A stretch of DNA of 64,000 nt from Chrysomallon squamiferum. Lineage: Eukaryota; Animalia; Mollusca. Where the stretch lies: the NCBI GenBank assembly GCA_012295275.1, contig CM022677.1, forward strand, positions 14,446,001 through 14,510,000. Reading direction: 5' to 3'. The notes below the pieces were generated by a model. That model was given only the letters and a program-made list of their open reading frames with translations. It was not told the origin of the DNA and made no database searches. Numbering within the stretch: the first letter of the stretch is position 1; each line of letters opens with the position of its first letter. Shown here piece after piece: positions 36,839-54,578 of this stretch. The translations under genes were made by a program, and so were the position numbers.

Positions 36839-37921
36839 ATAATAAATAAATAAATAAATAAAAAGTTTGTGAGTTGACACATAGTTGTTGTGTGGTGTTT
36901 ACTTTGGTGTGTGCTACACGTCAATTTCTTTTAAAACAAATTTAATTACTAGCCACACAAAATTTGCCCCTGATATATCATACAGTGACTGGTAAAACAA
37001 AATTAAGACTAAACAATTCTTCTTTATGCTGTTGACATTAGTACAAACACTGGCAAATTTTGATATTAATCGAGTGTCGTTATTTGAAAAAAAAAATAAA
37101 ATAAAATAAAATAAATAAGAAATAAGAAAATAAATAATAAATAAATATTATTCACGAATCAAAAAAAAAATAATAATAATAATAAATAAATAAATAATAA
37201 ATAAATAAATATTATTCCCGAATAAGATGGCTGCCATCAGGTGGCTGTGACGTTTAAATTATACTTAAAGAAAAAATAAAAAATCCAAACTCATTATCAA
37301 CTATAATAATAAATAGTACTACCTGTCTGCTTCACAAAATGAAATACTTTAAGCAACTTTTTTGTTGAATGATAATGCGATTACACCAATTCTGTAGAAG
37401 ATTCTTCGAACGTCAAATAACCAATTACATCCGTCAAGTCCCGACAATCATCCCGCATTTTTTTGAAAAGACAATCCTAAAAAAAGAAAGAAAAAGAGTT
37501 CAAAACAAATAAATAAAATAAAAGAACATAACAACCTTTATTAAAATATACTCGATGTGATTATTTTTATTATTATTATTATTTGTTGTTTTTTATTAGC
37601 CAATCATTGACGAAAACTTCAAATAAACGGTGTTGTTATTTTTTCCCCTACTTTCTCTTTCTTCTTTTTTATTTAGTTATATTTATGCACCAAATAAAAT
37701 CACAGAGCTTACAGTTCACACTACAATAAGTTGAATAAGTTGCTTGCTATTGATCAGGAATTTACCAGTGTTTGATAACATGGTCTGAAAACATGGTCTG
37801 AAAAAAAAATAAAAAAAAAAAAAAAAAAATAGAAAATGTACAACAATGACAACTGAGCGAGACTGGAAACAAATAATCCCATCAAACATTCATAATGGCA
37901 CAACATTTATTTATCTTAAAA

Positions 37922-38023
<102 letters not shown>

Positions 38024-40435
38024 CGATCAATGTTTGAACCTGTTCTATCAGTTCTATTATCAATATCAAAGTAGAAACTAATCAAATGAAGGGTATATTT
38101 CACCTTTTCGGGTGTATTCTTCTGGTGTACTGAAATGTTAAATAAAAATATTGTTATAAATACAAAAACAGGAAAGTAAAAAAGATATGTACTTAAGAGA
38201 AAAAAGAGTGAAGCTGACTATACTGATTTCGACTGCCTATATTAATGTTCAGAAAATTGTTAGATTTGATTAGTAAAATAGAAAAACGTACAAACCTCTA
38301 CCAAACAAAAGAAAGAAAAAGTAAACCAAAAATAAATAAAACACACTCCACTCAAAGTAAAAATGAAGACAATGTTCAACTAAAGATTTGCAGTGACATA
38401 GAAAGATCGGCGGGAAATATAAATATGTCGACTAGAAATTCCATCTTGAGAAAAGATCAAACCCAACGTTAGGCCTATTATTCTCACATTTCTAACTACT
38501 GCCAGTTTTGCACGCACACACACAGTCATATATAAAGTCTGTTTTAAACAAGATTTATGTATATATATATATATATATATAATATCTGTATGTCAAATCA
38601 GTTTAATGTGAAAACAATAATTCTTCTAATACTTCAAATAGTATATTATTTGTTTTAAGATACAACTGTAGCTGTTATTTAAGAAGCTTTACAAGACAAC
38701 TTAGAAATGTAATAATCTGAATCAACCTTAGAAAAAGAATGGGAATAAGTGAATGCAAAATGGGCTATAGACATAGAGATTTCAGCAGTTGTTATCTACA
38801 TCAAAATATCCACACACACACACACACACACATATTTATATATGTGATTGATGTTTTTTATGTATTTATGCATATACTTAGAATTAGAAAACGCGTTGGC
38901 ATTAGGAATTTTATTTTATTGTCAAAAATAATCATTTTCTAATTTCATTCGAATTTATTAATCTGCTCCGGTTGAGCTTTAAGTCCAATTCGCTAGTTTT
39001 CCGCTGTTTTTTACTAAACATTTATTCATCTATAAAACATTTTCAAAACTGAATACAGAAGCATTCGGGATTGTACAGAAATAAACATCTAGAACAATGC
39101 ATTTGTAAATATTTTTTAAATATTTCAAAAACTGTTTACATAGTATCCTTTTTTCTTTTTTCTTTTTTTTTTTTATCTGTAAATAAAAGTGTAACCTCTC
39201 AAAACATTATTTTACAAACACACTACCGCACTGGCTGCTACACCATCATATTTTGTATAAACAAGAATGTATGTCGCCAAATATAACAATATCCTTATTA
39301 AATCTGCTTTTTTTTCTAACAAAAAGTTCGCATTATTGAATGATGTTGTATTGAATGTTCTGTTACAGTTGTCCCCCTTTGCAAAAGTGCAATTTTTTTT
39401 TAATTATATATATATATTTACTAGTGATAATATAGGCAATATAGATGAACATTATTAATTAGATAATGTATATATTTAGTATTATTATTAGTATTTTTAT
39501 TATTATTATTACTACTACTACTACTACTACTATTATTATATTAATTATTAAAATAAATCATGTAGACTGCCTAAAACATTTTTATGAGGATGGTAATGAT
39601 CTACTGTTTAATTTTTATTTTGTCTTGGAAGTGAACACCTTCCAGTATTTCTTATGTTTAATGTATTTATTTTTAAAGCAGGAAAATTTGTAATTCACAT
39701 GCTATAACATGAACAGAAGTTTAAATGTTTAACAACAAATGTAAAGAAAGCTAACAAAGGGTTGAGAAATGGAAAAATGATGAGTTAATTTTACTTGAAT
39801 TCTTTCAGTAGCTGTTTTCATTTGTCACCAGTAATCTATGTTTAGTTACAACGGGAAGGTCTACGTTGTTCAAGGCCACCGAGAGACGTCCTGTCCGTCT
39901 CTTTACAATAATCTCTTACGTCTACAAATCGTGCTGGGGATGGGTATTGAAATTACTTCTTAATTTTGTTATACTGTACAAATCGGCAAATGGATCATTG
40001 AAAATAAGTTGCTGACAGATTGATGTTCATCAAACACAGAGACACATAGATATAGAGACCAGGATGAATTACATTTAGTTGTAAACTGACGGACATGTTG
40101 GATGAAGCGAAAGGGATCAGAGATGATTTGACGCCTTTTTGTTTGACGGATAGATAGACCGAGCAAGATACCTTCATATGGATTAATAGGAAGATGGATT
40201 ATATATATACCATATATAGATAAACAGACAGACAGATAGATTAAAAAGAAGTTGAAAATGAAACAGGTTGATATGACCCTGTCATAGTTTGTATTGAGTT
40301 AATAAAAAAATATCAGCCTGATCTCGCGCCCACTCAACTTTTCCTTTATAACATCTTACATTTCATCGATTATAGGGAAGACCTAAATACTGGGAAATAT
40401 AGAGCGTACGTTCAGTTTATTTTAATTTTTTTAAA

Positions 40436-40468
<33 letters not shown>

Positions 40469-41675
40469 AAAAATAGAAAAAAACTCAAATAATATTCAAT
40501 TATGTACACAAAGTTATCAAGTTTATTTTTTAAAACTATAAATCATAACATAAATCATAAAGAAGTAAAAATAAGGTGATATTTTTAATTAAGGATACCG
40601 CTATTGACAGTCTAAATAACGTTTGTGAAAGAAATATATATCTAATAAAAATAGTTTAATAAACTTCAAAATGTTGATGAATTTCAGATTAATCAAATTA
40701 TTTCTCGTAAAATAAAAGGTCAATTTAAATTTGATAATAATACATTTTATTAAGCAATTTTAACAAACTTGAACTGAACTTAATTTTTTAATTACAGTCA
40801 TTAAAGGGTGTACATCAGCGCAAGTTGTATAGTGTAATATACTTTACATTTCTTATTATACCTGAAGTTCTCTTATTACATTTGATATTAATATAACCGC
40901 TTCACCAGTCATAATCTATATAACAATGAAGCAGACACCATAGTTGTCAGTCCTCCCTTTGTCAACAGCTAAATAATAACAACAACAACAGTAATAACAC
41001 ATTAATAGTTTTATTTTTTATTTTATTTTTATTTTTCTGTAAAAACGGAAGCTTCCTATATATGTTTGACGCTATTCTCTTAGTTTCATTAGAACTGTTC
41101 TGAGTGCGGATATAAAAATTACTTCGAATTTTTTATTAGGTCGCGTTAAGTTATCAGAGAAATCAGATTTATTCTTAGTGTATTGTTTCTGTCGAGATAA
41201 AAACTAAATACTTCTTTTTAAAAAAGTATATAATAATTATAATAATAATTTATTTATAATGTAATTACATGAGAAATCGTGAACTTTTATCAAAACCACA
41301 GTTAACTAAAGAATATCGCTATTTGCACTGATAATGTTACCGAAAAATAACATTGTTTTATATGGCATTTTAACATTATATTAATTAGAGATTATCGGTT
41401 ATATTATTGAATAAATACGGAATTTCATTCTCGATTATTAACTTACTTTTAGATGTGTTTAAGAAAAATTAATGATATATTCTTAATTACATAATTTGAT
41501 AAATACTAGCTGAATTTTAGATTAATTATGTAATTTCATCTAGAGAGAGATGTAACTTGTGTCGCAGAATGTCATGTTACAGCGATCACAAAACACAATA
41601 TCACATAGGAGGAAAATGTCCCAAAATAAATAGTTGGGTATTTCAAAGATGTTATTTGATTCAGATGGACATTTT

Positions 41676-41850
41676 TATATTTAATCATATCAAAATTATT
41701 TAAACATATTAAAATATATTTAATCATATCAAAATTAGTTAAACATATTAAAATATATTTAATCATATCAACATATATTTAATCATATCAAAATTAGTTA
41801 AACATATTAAAATATATTTAATCATATCAACATATTTAATCATATCAAAA
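41676..41850. repeat. AT-rich tandem repeat (39-bp and ~19-bp subunits)
   Basis: ATATATTTAATCATATCAAAATTAGTTAAACATATTAAA repeated. Confidence 0.85.
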
Positions 41851-42894
41851 TATACTTAATTGTTTCAAACTATATTTAATTATATCTCAATATATTTGTC
41901 TTAAACGTTTCATTTGCCACTATGTAGCCACGTACTTACCTTCTAATTAACAGTTCTATTTTGTAAACTCTTCAGAACATGAAATATGTTTCATTATTTT
42001 CTGCAAGTGATTATGTGCGTGTGTGCGTGTGTCTGTGTGCCCATATCTGTCTGTCTGTATAAAAATGTAAACGTATCTTATTTAAATTTATTTTGTGAAT
42101 ATGAATTTGTACGTAAAGTGCCTTTTGAAAACTGCGAATGTGAAAAAGGAAATAATTGTATTGAAATGTACGCAAACTAATAAAAATATGTTCCTTATAT
42201 CAATTCAGGTCTTTTGTTTTATGATTTACAGTCAGCGATCAAGTGGGTTAACAGAATTTACATTATCCTCACTTGAAGAAATCACAGTTGTTTTCACACG
42301 AGTGTTTACAATAATCATGTTCTATGAAAAGGGATATATTTTCAGAGATAGGTTTGATGCTGAAGTGTGCACTTGTTTAACCAACACAGCACTGATTTTC
42401 TGAGACTACTGGGTTCAAGATAAATAAACAGTAATGAAAATTACAAACAACTTTTCTTGCGTTCAAATCCTATACTAAGATGTATTATTACTATTTCTAT
42501 TAATATCACCGTAGTTGCTGTCCTTGTTCCTAGCTTTGTTGCTGTAATTCTCATTATTGTTTAGCGCTTTTTATTAGTCATTACTCATACTTTCTGAGTA
42601 AATTGTATTATTGTAATTTATATTAATGTCGCCGTCGTTGCCGTCGTACCGGCATAGTTCCTAACGTAGTTATTAGAGTGCTTCTCATTGTTCTTCTTTG
42701 TTTTTTTTATCACCTATTATTCTTATTTCTTATTTTTGCGCATCCTGTATTAAAATATATTATTAATACATCTTTATTATTAGTATTAACGTTGGAGACG
42801 CTGCTGTCGTACCTGTGTTGTCCTTCAAGGCTTGGTGTTTATTATTCTTTTTCGCATTTTACGATTCTTACTTTCCTACAGTGCGTATCCAGTA

Positions 42895-43865
42895 TTGAAA
42901 TTACTGTTATTATTACTGATATTACCACTAAGTTACTGCTATTTCTACTAATCTGCCGCCGTCTCTTTATCGATACTATCGCCATCACTACTAATCTCTC
43001 ACTGTTACTTCAGCAATACTACTTCTGGTACTACTAATGTGTCACTGTTACGTCAGCAATACTACTTCTATTACTATTAATCTGTCAGTTACTTCATCGA
43101 TACTTTTGATATTACTACTAATCTGTCACTGTTACTGCGTGAATACTATTGTTATTACTACTAATCTGCCTGTATTACATCAGTGATACTACTGATATTA
43201 CTACTAATCTACAAGTGTTACTTTAGCGATACTACTGTTATCACTACTAATCTACCATTTACTTTAGTGATACTACTGATATGTCACTGTTACTTCAGTG
43301 ATATACTATCGATATTACTGCTAATCTGCCAGTTACTTCAGCAATATTACTCCTATTACTACTAATCTGTCACTGTTACTTCAGCAATATTACTGCTATT
43401 ACTACTAATCTATCACTGTTACTTCAGCGATACTACTGTATTACTAGTAATCTACCATTGTTATTCAGCGATACTACTGTATTACTAGTAATCTATCACT
43501 GTTACTTCAGCGATACTACTGTATTACTAGTAATCTACCATTGTTATTCTGCGATACTACTGATATTACTACTAATCACTTTTATTTCAGCAATACCACT
43601 ATTATTACTAATCTATCAGTTACTTCAGCAATACTACGCTATTATTACTAATCTGTCACTGTTACATCAGCCATACTACTAATATTACCACTAATCTGTG
43701 ACTGCTACTTCAGAGATATTACTGATATTACTACTAATCTGTCACTGTTATTTCAGCCATACTGCTGCTGTTACTTCTAATCTGTCATTAATATTACTAA
43801 TATTTCAGCCATACTACTGATATTACTACTAATCTGTCACTGTTATTTCAACCATACTACTGATA
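42895..43865. repeat. Degenerate ~40-43-bp satellite next to the assembly gap
   Basis: TTACTACTAATCTGTCACTGTTACTTCAGCAATACTACTGATA-like units. Confidence 0.9.
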
Positions 43866-43956
43866 TATAAATGGAATATAAAACATGCTTTATAACTTTA
43901 GAAATGTGCTGTTTAATGCTTTACTGTTGTGGTTATCAATATACCTAATGTAATTC

Positions 43957-44156
43957 NNNNNNNNNNNNNNNNNNNNNNNNNNNNNNNNNNNNNNNNNNNN
44001 NNNNNNNNNNNNNNNNNNNNNNNNNNNNNNNNNNNNNNNNNNNNNNNNNNNNNNNNNNNNNNNNNNNNNNNNNNNNNNNNNNNNNNNNNNNNNNNNNNNN
44101 NNNNNNNNNNNNNNNNNNNNNNNNNNNNNNNNNNNNNNNNNNNNNNNNNNNNNNNN
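43957..44156. other. Assembly gap (200 N)
   Basis: N run of round length, typical of a scaffold join of unknown true size. Confidence 1.
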
Positions 44157-45884
44157 AAAACATTTTAATCTTCGTTTACAATTGAATTCGCTGATAAGAA
44201 ATATTCACTTATTAATAATGTTAATGACATCAAGGGTAGGCTTCATAAACAGAAACAAAAAAAAAAAAAAAAAGAAAAAAAGAAAAACGATTGTGAATGC
44301 TGACGATTCGGAACTAAGGACCTCTAAGATTATAGTGTTTTTATCAGATCTCATTTTCTAAAACAACAGAAATTTAAAGTCAACAAACCTTTTTTAAATT
44401 TTATTTTATTAATTAATTAATTAATTAATTAATTATTATTATTATTATTATTCCAGAAAATTTAAAATAAATAAATAAATAAATAAATAAGAATGCAATA
44501 TGGAAAGTAATACTGAACAATCTATGCATTTTTCATTATTAACAATGGAAAATATTTAAATATTGATTTTCCAAACCAGTTTCATTCACAATAAAAAATA
44601 AAAACTTATTTAAAAAAATGTATGGTGTAATAAGAGTATAATAATTTTATATCAACAGTGAAAAAATATATTGAGTAAAATGTACATTCTTCACAGTCCA
44701 TAATTAATGGGACACTTACTAAGAGAAAAAATATTTTTAATGCGTTATTACTTTCTCCTTATTTAAGTTTTTGGAAATCTCAATTTTAACTTTATAAAAA
44801 GCAACGTCCATAGTGAAAAGTGAAGTAAAATGTTATTTTTTGGGGGGTGGTTTTCTGTTAAAAAGGAAGAAGTGAGAACACCTGAAATTAAGGAAATGTG
44901 TCATTATCTACATGACACTGATATTGAAAAGAAGAGGTGTAAAGTTTAAATCAACTTTTATTGTAAACAAGAAGCTCAGTAGATATGAAGAAAGATGGAT
45001 GGGTTTCCAGGTAAGTGCCCTTTTTAAATAAATTTATTAGAGAAAATAGGGTGAAGGTAAAGGTATATCAGATAACTGAATCTGAGAGATAATTTGAAAA
45101 TATTTACTTTAAAGAGAAGCTCAATGTATATTTAGAATTATAGAACAGGTTAAGTGATAAACATTGTTTATTTTAACTTCAATAAAAAGTTTAAAAAATG
45201 TCTATAAACACTGACAGATGAACAGATAGATGGAAAGGTGGATGATGGATTAATATATAGATGTAGATTATACAGACTGCATGAGAAACAGTTAGATGGT
45301 AAAAATGGAATAATCAGATTTTGAAAGTGTGAAAGAAAATATATAAAGTTACGTAGATACAGTTTGTTTGTAGATGGACAAACAGAAAGACAGGTTGTAA
45401 TGTAGGTACATAGACATAGTTAGATGTGTAGGTAGGCAGGGAGTTGGGTAGATGATTGGTGGATGGTTATGTGTTGCTACATGCATGAACAGACAAGATA
45501 AAAGAAAACTAGATAAGATAGAAGAAGCAGATAGGTAGGTAGATAGATAGGTTTGTGTATATATAGATAACTCAGCAGGTTGATGGATAGATCCAAAGAG
45601 AGATAGAGATTGATGGATAGGAAGATGGGTAACTACATGTATATGGAAGTGCAGGTACATGTGCTAGAACATATGTGAATGAGAGTGTGCTTGTGTTATA
45701 AATGGACAGACATACAGAAACAGGTTGTAAGGTAGTTATGCTTGGAGGTAGCAGCAGATATGGACAGATGATTTACTGATGGTTATTGAAAGGAGGAGTT
45801 AATGTATATATCTTCATATGCATGTTTGTATGTATGCGTGTGTGTGTCTGTATATATCTATATATACATACATATATATATATT

Positions 45885-45920
<36 letters not shown>

Positions 45921-46964
45921 GGATGCATGGAAAATAATTTAGAGGAATATTTGGATCCACATAGTGTGAGTGATTCATTTATTTACTTAGAGTTTGATGG
46001 GCAGATAAATAGACAAATATACATACCAGTGGATTCATTGAAAAACAGACAGTAAGATAGAAGAAACATTTACAGTCTATTTCATTTTACTTACATGAAT
46101 TCATGTCAACAATGGATTCTTGATTCCATCCCTTTTTTGATCCACATAGACAATAAAAATGAAAATAAAACTATTTTAATAAATTTAATATAATAAAAAT
46201 GAGTCCATTTAATGACAATAAAAGTTAAATAAAAAAAAACAATAAAAAAAATGAAAATAAAACTATTTTAATAATATTTTTAACATAATCAATATTGAGA
46301 TATTTCTTTTTAAAAATATGATCCATTAATAACTACAAAAACAATAAAAGTTAAATAAAATTATTTTAATAATATTTAGTATAATTCTAAAAATATGTAC
46401 AATAACAACAACAATAAAAAGATAAAGCTATTTTAATTATGATGTACAGCTGTTAATATTTGATAATAATACTTATATGAATGTTATTTAAGAATGAAAA
46501 ACCTGCTTAGGTTCAATACTTGTATATGTGTCAGTAATTATTAGAAAGTCTAATTAAATCATTTATCAGAAATGGTCAATGAAAATATTTGAATAAGAAG
46601 AATAAAATTTCATTTTTGTTTGAAAGGTCTGCATTTAAAAATATTTTGCAGTAAAAACATGTAAGCTGATTGATGAAACAGAGAAAACAAAAATATTAAT
46701 ATATTTTCTGTGGTGACTAAAAGTTACACTGTTTATGAAAAGGTTACACAGAAATACTTATTAACATTTTTGTATTTATTATATTTATTTATAGAATTTT
46801 AAGTAGTTTTGCACTAAATGTTGTGGTCTTTTTTATTTTATGGTTGTTACAGAATGTAATCCTTAAAATTGATATTCTTTTTCTGTGTCTGTCCATTTTT
46901 TGTTTTCCTAAATCATTTATTTTTCAATGCAAACTCTTAAATAATATACAGCTTACATTTTCAG

Positions 46965-49967
<3,003 letters not shown>

Positions 49968-52715
49968 GTAAGTGGTATCAGTATGTTTTATAATAATAAA
50001 TAATAGTAATGTGTTTAAGTACATACGAATGCAGGGCTTGTAATGGCTTAACTCATTAATTATAAGGTTTGCTCAGGCAAAGGATTTAGTCGTTTTTAAA
50101 GTTACTTTTGCTGCTTATCCAGATAAATAAAGTCAGCATTACAACATTGTTAAAGTGTAATTCATTGATAATTTATAATAATTTTCCATGGCTGAGATAT
50201 TTCTTCCCAAAGATTTTATTGTGAAATTAATAATATGCTTCTAGCCTGGAATAGGTAAACATTAGTTATTTAAACATTAGTTATTTAAGATTTAGAATGA
50301 TAAGCTTGATGCTTATTTTTTTTTATTTATTGTTATTGTTATTTTTATTTTATTAATTTTTATTTCTATATTTGTTTATTTAGATAAATCTGGCTAAAAA
50401 AAGGGGGATGTACAAAATCCACAAAATTGCCCGATCGTGAAATAATAGTAAGAAACAGAGACTCATACATAAAACAAGATAGTTGTATAAATATAGCTAT
50501 CATACCACCAGCACAAACTTTGGCTCCAGCATTTCCAAGGATTTTCTTGACCAGCTTGGAAGACTTTTCAGGTAACTCTGCCCTGTGTGTATGAAGTGTG
50601 AGAAGTATGCTCTGGTTATGATTTTTCAGAGAATGAGAGATAATTATATAAATAAATAAATAAATATATTTATATAGATAGATAGATAGATAGATATAGT
50701 TATACACAGACAGACAGAGGATAGATAGGTAAATGGATATAGCAATGAATAAATTGTTAGTTAGACAGGTAATAACATTAAGCTACACCACAGGTTGATC
50801 AACAAACAGACAGATACATAGATAGACAAATAGCCTGAGAAACTGATGATGAAATAAAACAAATATATAGATAGATAGATAGAAACATGCAGGTAAGTAA
50901 GGATGAGTAATTTGGAGAGTGAGAGAAAGAGTAAGAAAGCAAGAGGGAGATATTTATATGTCATAACTTATTAAGTACATACACTTCTGTCTATACCCTG
51001 ATGGCCTCTCTGTCTCTCTTATATAGAAAGGGCTTTCAAATTAATGACACTGTATTCAAAATTAGAAAAAGTAGCAATACCCTATGTATCCATCTGTTCA
51101 TCTATCTTCAGTAACTATCTCTGTAGTAGGTATTTCTATTTATCTATCATAATCTGTCTATCTATCTATCTATCTAACCAATTAAATGTTATTATATTAA
51201 TGTACTAATTAGCCATTCCCTTTGGAAATGCTGCCACACATACACCATGGTGTGGTTTAGTACACATAGGGGATGTTAGTAATGGTTAATAATTGGTTAA
51301 TGGTTAGTATTTGTTAAATGCTAGTGTTTGGTTAATGGTTAGTTTTTTGTTAATGGTTAGTCTCTTTCTGTCTGTCTGTCTCTCTCTCTCTATCACTGTC
51401 TCTCTTTTCTCTCTGATTCTCTCAGTATTTCTGTCTCTCTCTGTCTGTCTGACTCTCTCCCTGTCTCTATCTCTCTGTATTGCTATGTCCCTGTCTCGTT
51501 TTCTCTCTGTCTCTTTCTCCCTCTGTCTCTTTCTGTCCCTCTTCCTCTCTCTGTCTCTCTGACTCTCTTTCTCTTTTTCTCTCTGTCTCACTCTTTCTCT
51601 CTGTCTGGCTGACAGTCTCTCTGTGTCTCTGTCTCTCTTTCTCTCTCTGTCTCTCTGTCTGTCGCTGTATCTCTCTCTGTGTGTCTCTCTGTCTGTCGCT
51701 GTATCTCTCTCTGTGTGTCTCTCTCTCTTTTTCTCTCTCTATCTCTCTCTAACTCGCTTTCTTCTCTCCACACAAAATTAACAATTCTACCTAAAGCAAC
51801 ATTAACCAACAGCAAAAGCAACAGCTATAACACCACTATTAGCAATAACAACAATAATAAAAATAGTATAATTATGTACTACAATAACAATAATAACAAT
51901 GTTAGCAATAATATCAACAACAAAAATAAAACAAACAAAATTGATAGATAGATGAAACGCACAGACAATCGCACGCATACACACACAAACTTAATTAAAC
52001 TTTTGAACACCTGAATTGATGTTACATACCACGCTCTAGAAATGATTATATCTCTCAAATTTAAATAACGTGTCAGTATGAAAAGGCTGAAAAACAGTAT
52101 TTACATGTATTTGAAATTTTTATACTACATTTTTACAATGAAATGAAAACATACAATCTTAGTCATAGTGAAACCAAATCTCTCTTTCTCTAATCATAAT
52201 AAATCACAACAAATTTCACATATCAAACGGAATTCGTAATAAATTTAAATTCATATTTTTACTCTGAATAGCATGAATGAATAAATATTAAGTTTTTACT
52301 AAAGAAACATTTTAGATATATGAAATGAACTAAGAATGCACAAATAGAGATACTACTACTAGTACTACTACTACAACTACTACTAATAATAATAATTAGT
52401 TACTTTCATAGACAAAGTAGTCTAAAGGAAATAACTCTGTTTACCATTACTAATAGAATGAATAGAATGATGATAATGGATAACAGCATTAACAGAAACA
52501 AAACAAATTTTGAAAAAGAAAAATAATAAAAAAAATAATGATATATTTTCTAATTTAGATTTCTGTTTCATTTAATTCGTTTAGTTAAGTGCTAAAGAAA
52601 TGCTGTTTAATTATTCAGCAAAGTTAAGAATAAATAATTCTAATAAAAAAATTATTCACATAATAGAAGATTGTAACAGCAGAATAATAAAAAAAATAGT
52701 TTAAGAAATAAAAAT

Positions 52716-53382
52716 GCCCCCCTGCCCTAGTCCCCCGCACGCCAGCTATCTGCCACGCACTCTCACAGTTTGTGAAGTACAGAACAAGCTGAAGCTTTAA
52801 TGTTTCTTGTCAGTGTGTTCATGTGTGTGAGAATTGAATTGTAGGATTGAATCTCGGCGTACAGTGTTTTTGGAGGCTCCACAGCAGTACTTTCCGATTC
52901 AAGATTCATCTATGAAAGAGAGTGTAAAAATTACTTTCTTTATATATACTCCGTGATGTGTTACCAGAAGTGGGAGGAGTTTACTCCTCCAAGTAAAAAT
53001 TATATCAATTACAGTTATCTCCCTTTAGTGATATGTGTTCACAATCATAGATTAGAATTAGGTCCCTTACGTGAGATGTAGTCACCAGGCAAAGTAAAAA
53101 TTATATCGATTAGCGTTATCTCCCTTACGTGAGATGTACTTGCTAAATAAAGTTCAAATTATATCGATTAGAGTTATCTCCCTTATGTGAGATGTACTTG
53201 CTAAATAAAGTAAAAATTATATCGATTAGAGTTATCTCCCTTACATGAGATGTACTCACTAAATAAAGTAAAAATTATATTGATTAGAGTTATCTCCCTT
53301 ATGTTTTAAAGTTTTAAAGTTTCAACTTAGTTCTGTACTTCACAACCTGTCTGAGGGTGTGCGGGGGACTAGGGCAGGGGGC
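52716..53382. mobile_element. Non-autonomous element with ~24-bp GC-rich inverted repeats, an internal hairpin and ~59-bp tandem repeats
   Basis: GCCCCCCTGCCCTAGTCCCCCGCAC 52716-52740 versus GTGCGGGGGACTAGGGCAGGGGGC 53359-53382; hairpin GGAGGAGT-TT-ACTCCTCC 52973-52990; AAAATTATATCGATTAGAGTTATCTCCCTT units 52992-53300. Confidence 0.75.
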
Positions 53383-54387
53383 GGAGAGATAAAAATGGGT
53401 GAGAACACTTTCCCCTGGCAGACAGCCAGTGCTTCTGGGGTAGGGCGGGAGGGCATGTGTTCAATTCACCTTTTCTGTCCAGACCCTAAGCACCTTGTTT
53501 GTACAAGCACTAGGGGCTTTTAAGATTAAACTGGTAATTAAATATTAAAAAAAGTAATCTTGTTTTAGTTTACTGACTGAAAATATAGAAACTTATCTAG
53601 TGATCATATGTTGCAATTACTGATAGTGACTTCAGGATCTATCTGACCTATCTATCTGTGCATACACATACATACACATGCATGCATGCACTTACATACT
53701 GTGTGATAGAGGTAAGCTTCTGAAAATCGACTGAATATTGACGAGTATAAATAAAATATATATGAATCCATTGTTTGTGTTTACATTGGTGTGTGTGTGT
53801 GTGTGTTGGTGTACATATTTGCTTACAAAGACACACATACACACAAACACATAAATTAAGCTATGCATTTCTTTATTTATTTATTTTTTATTTGTTTTTC
53901 ATCCATTTTCCAATCCAGTGCCTCCTGCAAGCATTATTAGAGATTTAAAAATTAATTTTCTAATGTGATTTTAAATAATTACATATATTTATCTTAACAA
54001 ACAATTTATATTTGTTAAACAGTTTGAGGTATAAATAATTTTTATCAATATTGTGCCTTATAACATGATCAGTATAACATTAATTCATAGATAATTTTGC
54101 ATATCTGATCAATAACCTGTCTCAAAGACATTAATATATCTTGGAATTGGATCCTCACCAACTCATGTATTGACAGCAGCAGACTATTCTGTACTGGCAG
54201 AACAACTGAAACACTCACTAAGCTTTGTGCAGGCAAGTTAATCTGACATTCAACTTACATGAAAGCAAATCATTTTAGTACTAGATTTCAAGTACAATTA
54301 AAAAGTATTTGTCATTTTAAATTAATTAATTAATTAATTAATTAATTTATTTATTATATATTTATTTATTTAATTTCACACTTACAG

Positions 54388-54578
54388 ATGGTGGTTTCTG
54401 GTCTGCATGGTCACTTCAGAGACTGGGTAGTTGTAGTGAAACATGTGGTAGAGGCACTAGAATAACATTTGAGATAAGAGCATGAACAAATTCTGCACCT
54501 AAGAATGGAGGCAGAGACTGAGGAACAGATGACACAGCAATCTTCAAGAAGCATGTGAAACAAATGTCTTATGTGGAG
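54388..54578 (+). pseudogene. Thrombospondin type-1 repeat exon, disrupted; a second degenerate TSP1 piece lies at ~54953-55030
   Basis: GGFWSAWS...GSCSETCGRGTR...IRA*TNSAPKNGGRD*G, a frameshift, then QEACETNVLC; AG/GT bounded. Confidence 0.82.

Noticed and set aside
39840-40215. Non-repetitive stretch possibly from a LINE 3' end
   Set aside because: Only vague resemblance, and no diagnostic motif survives.
43929-44168. ORFs spanning X residues
   Set aside because: Artefacts of the N gap.
54388-54578. Two TGA codons at TSP1 cysteine positions as selenocysteine
   Set aside because: The same exon has a frameshift before the last CxxxxxC and the neighbouring TSP1 piece is degenerate; pseudogene decay is the simpler explanation.
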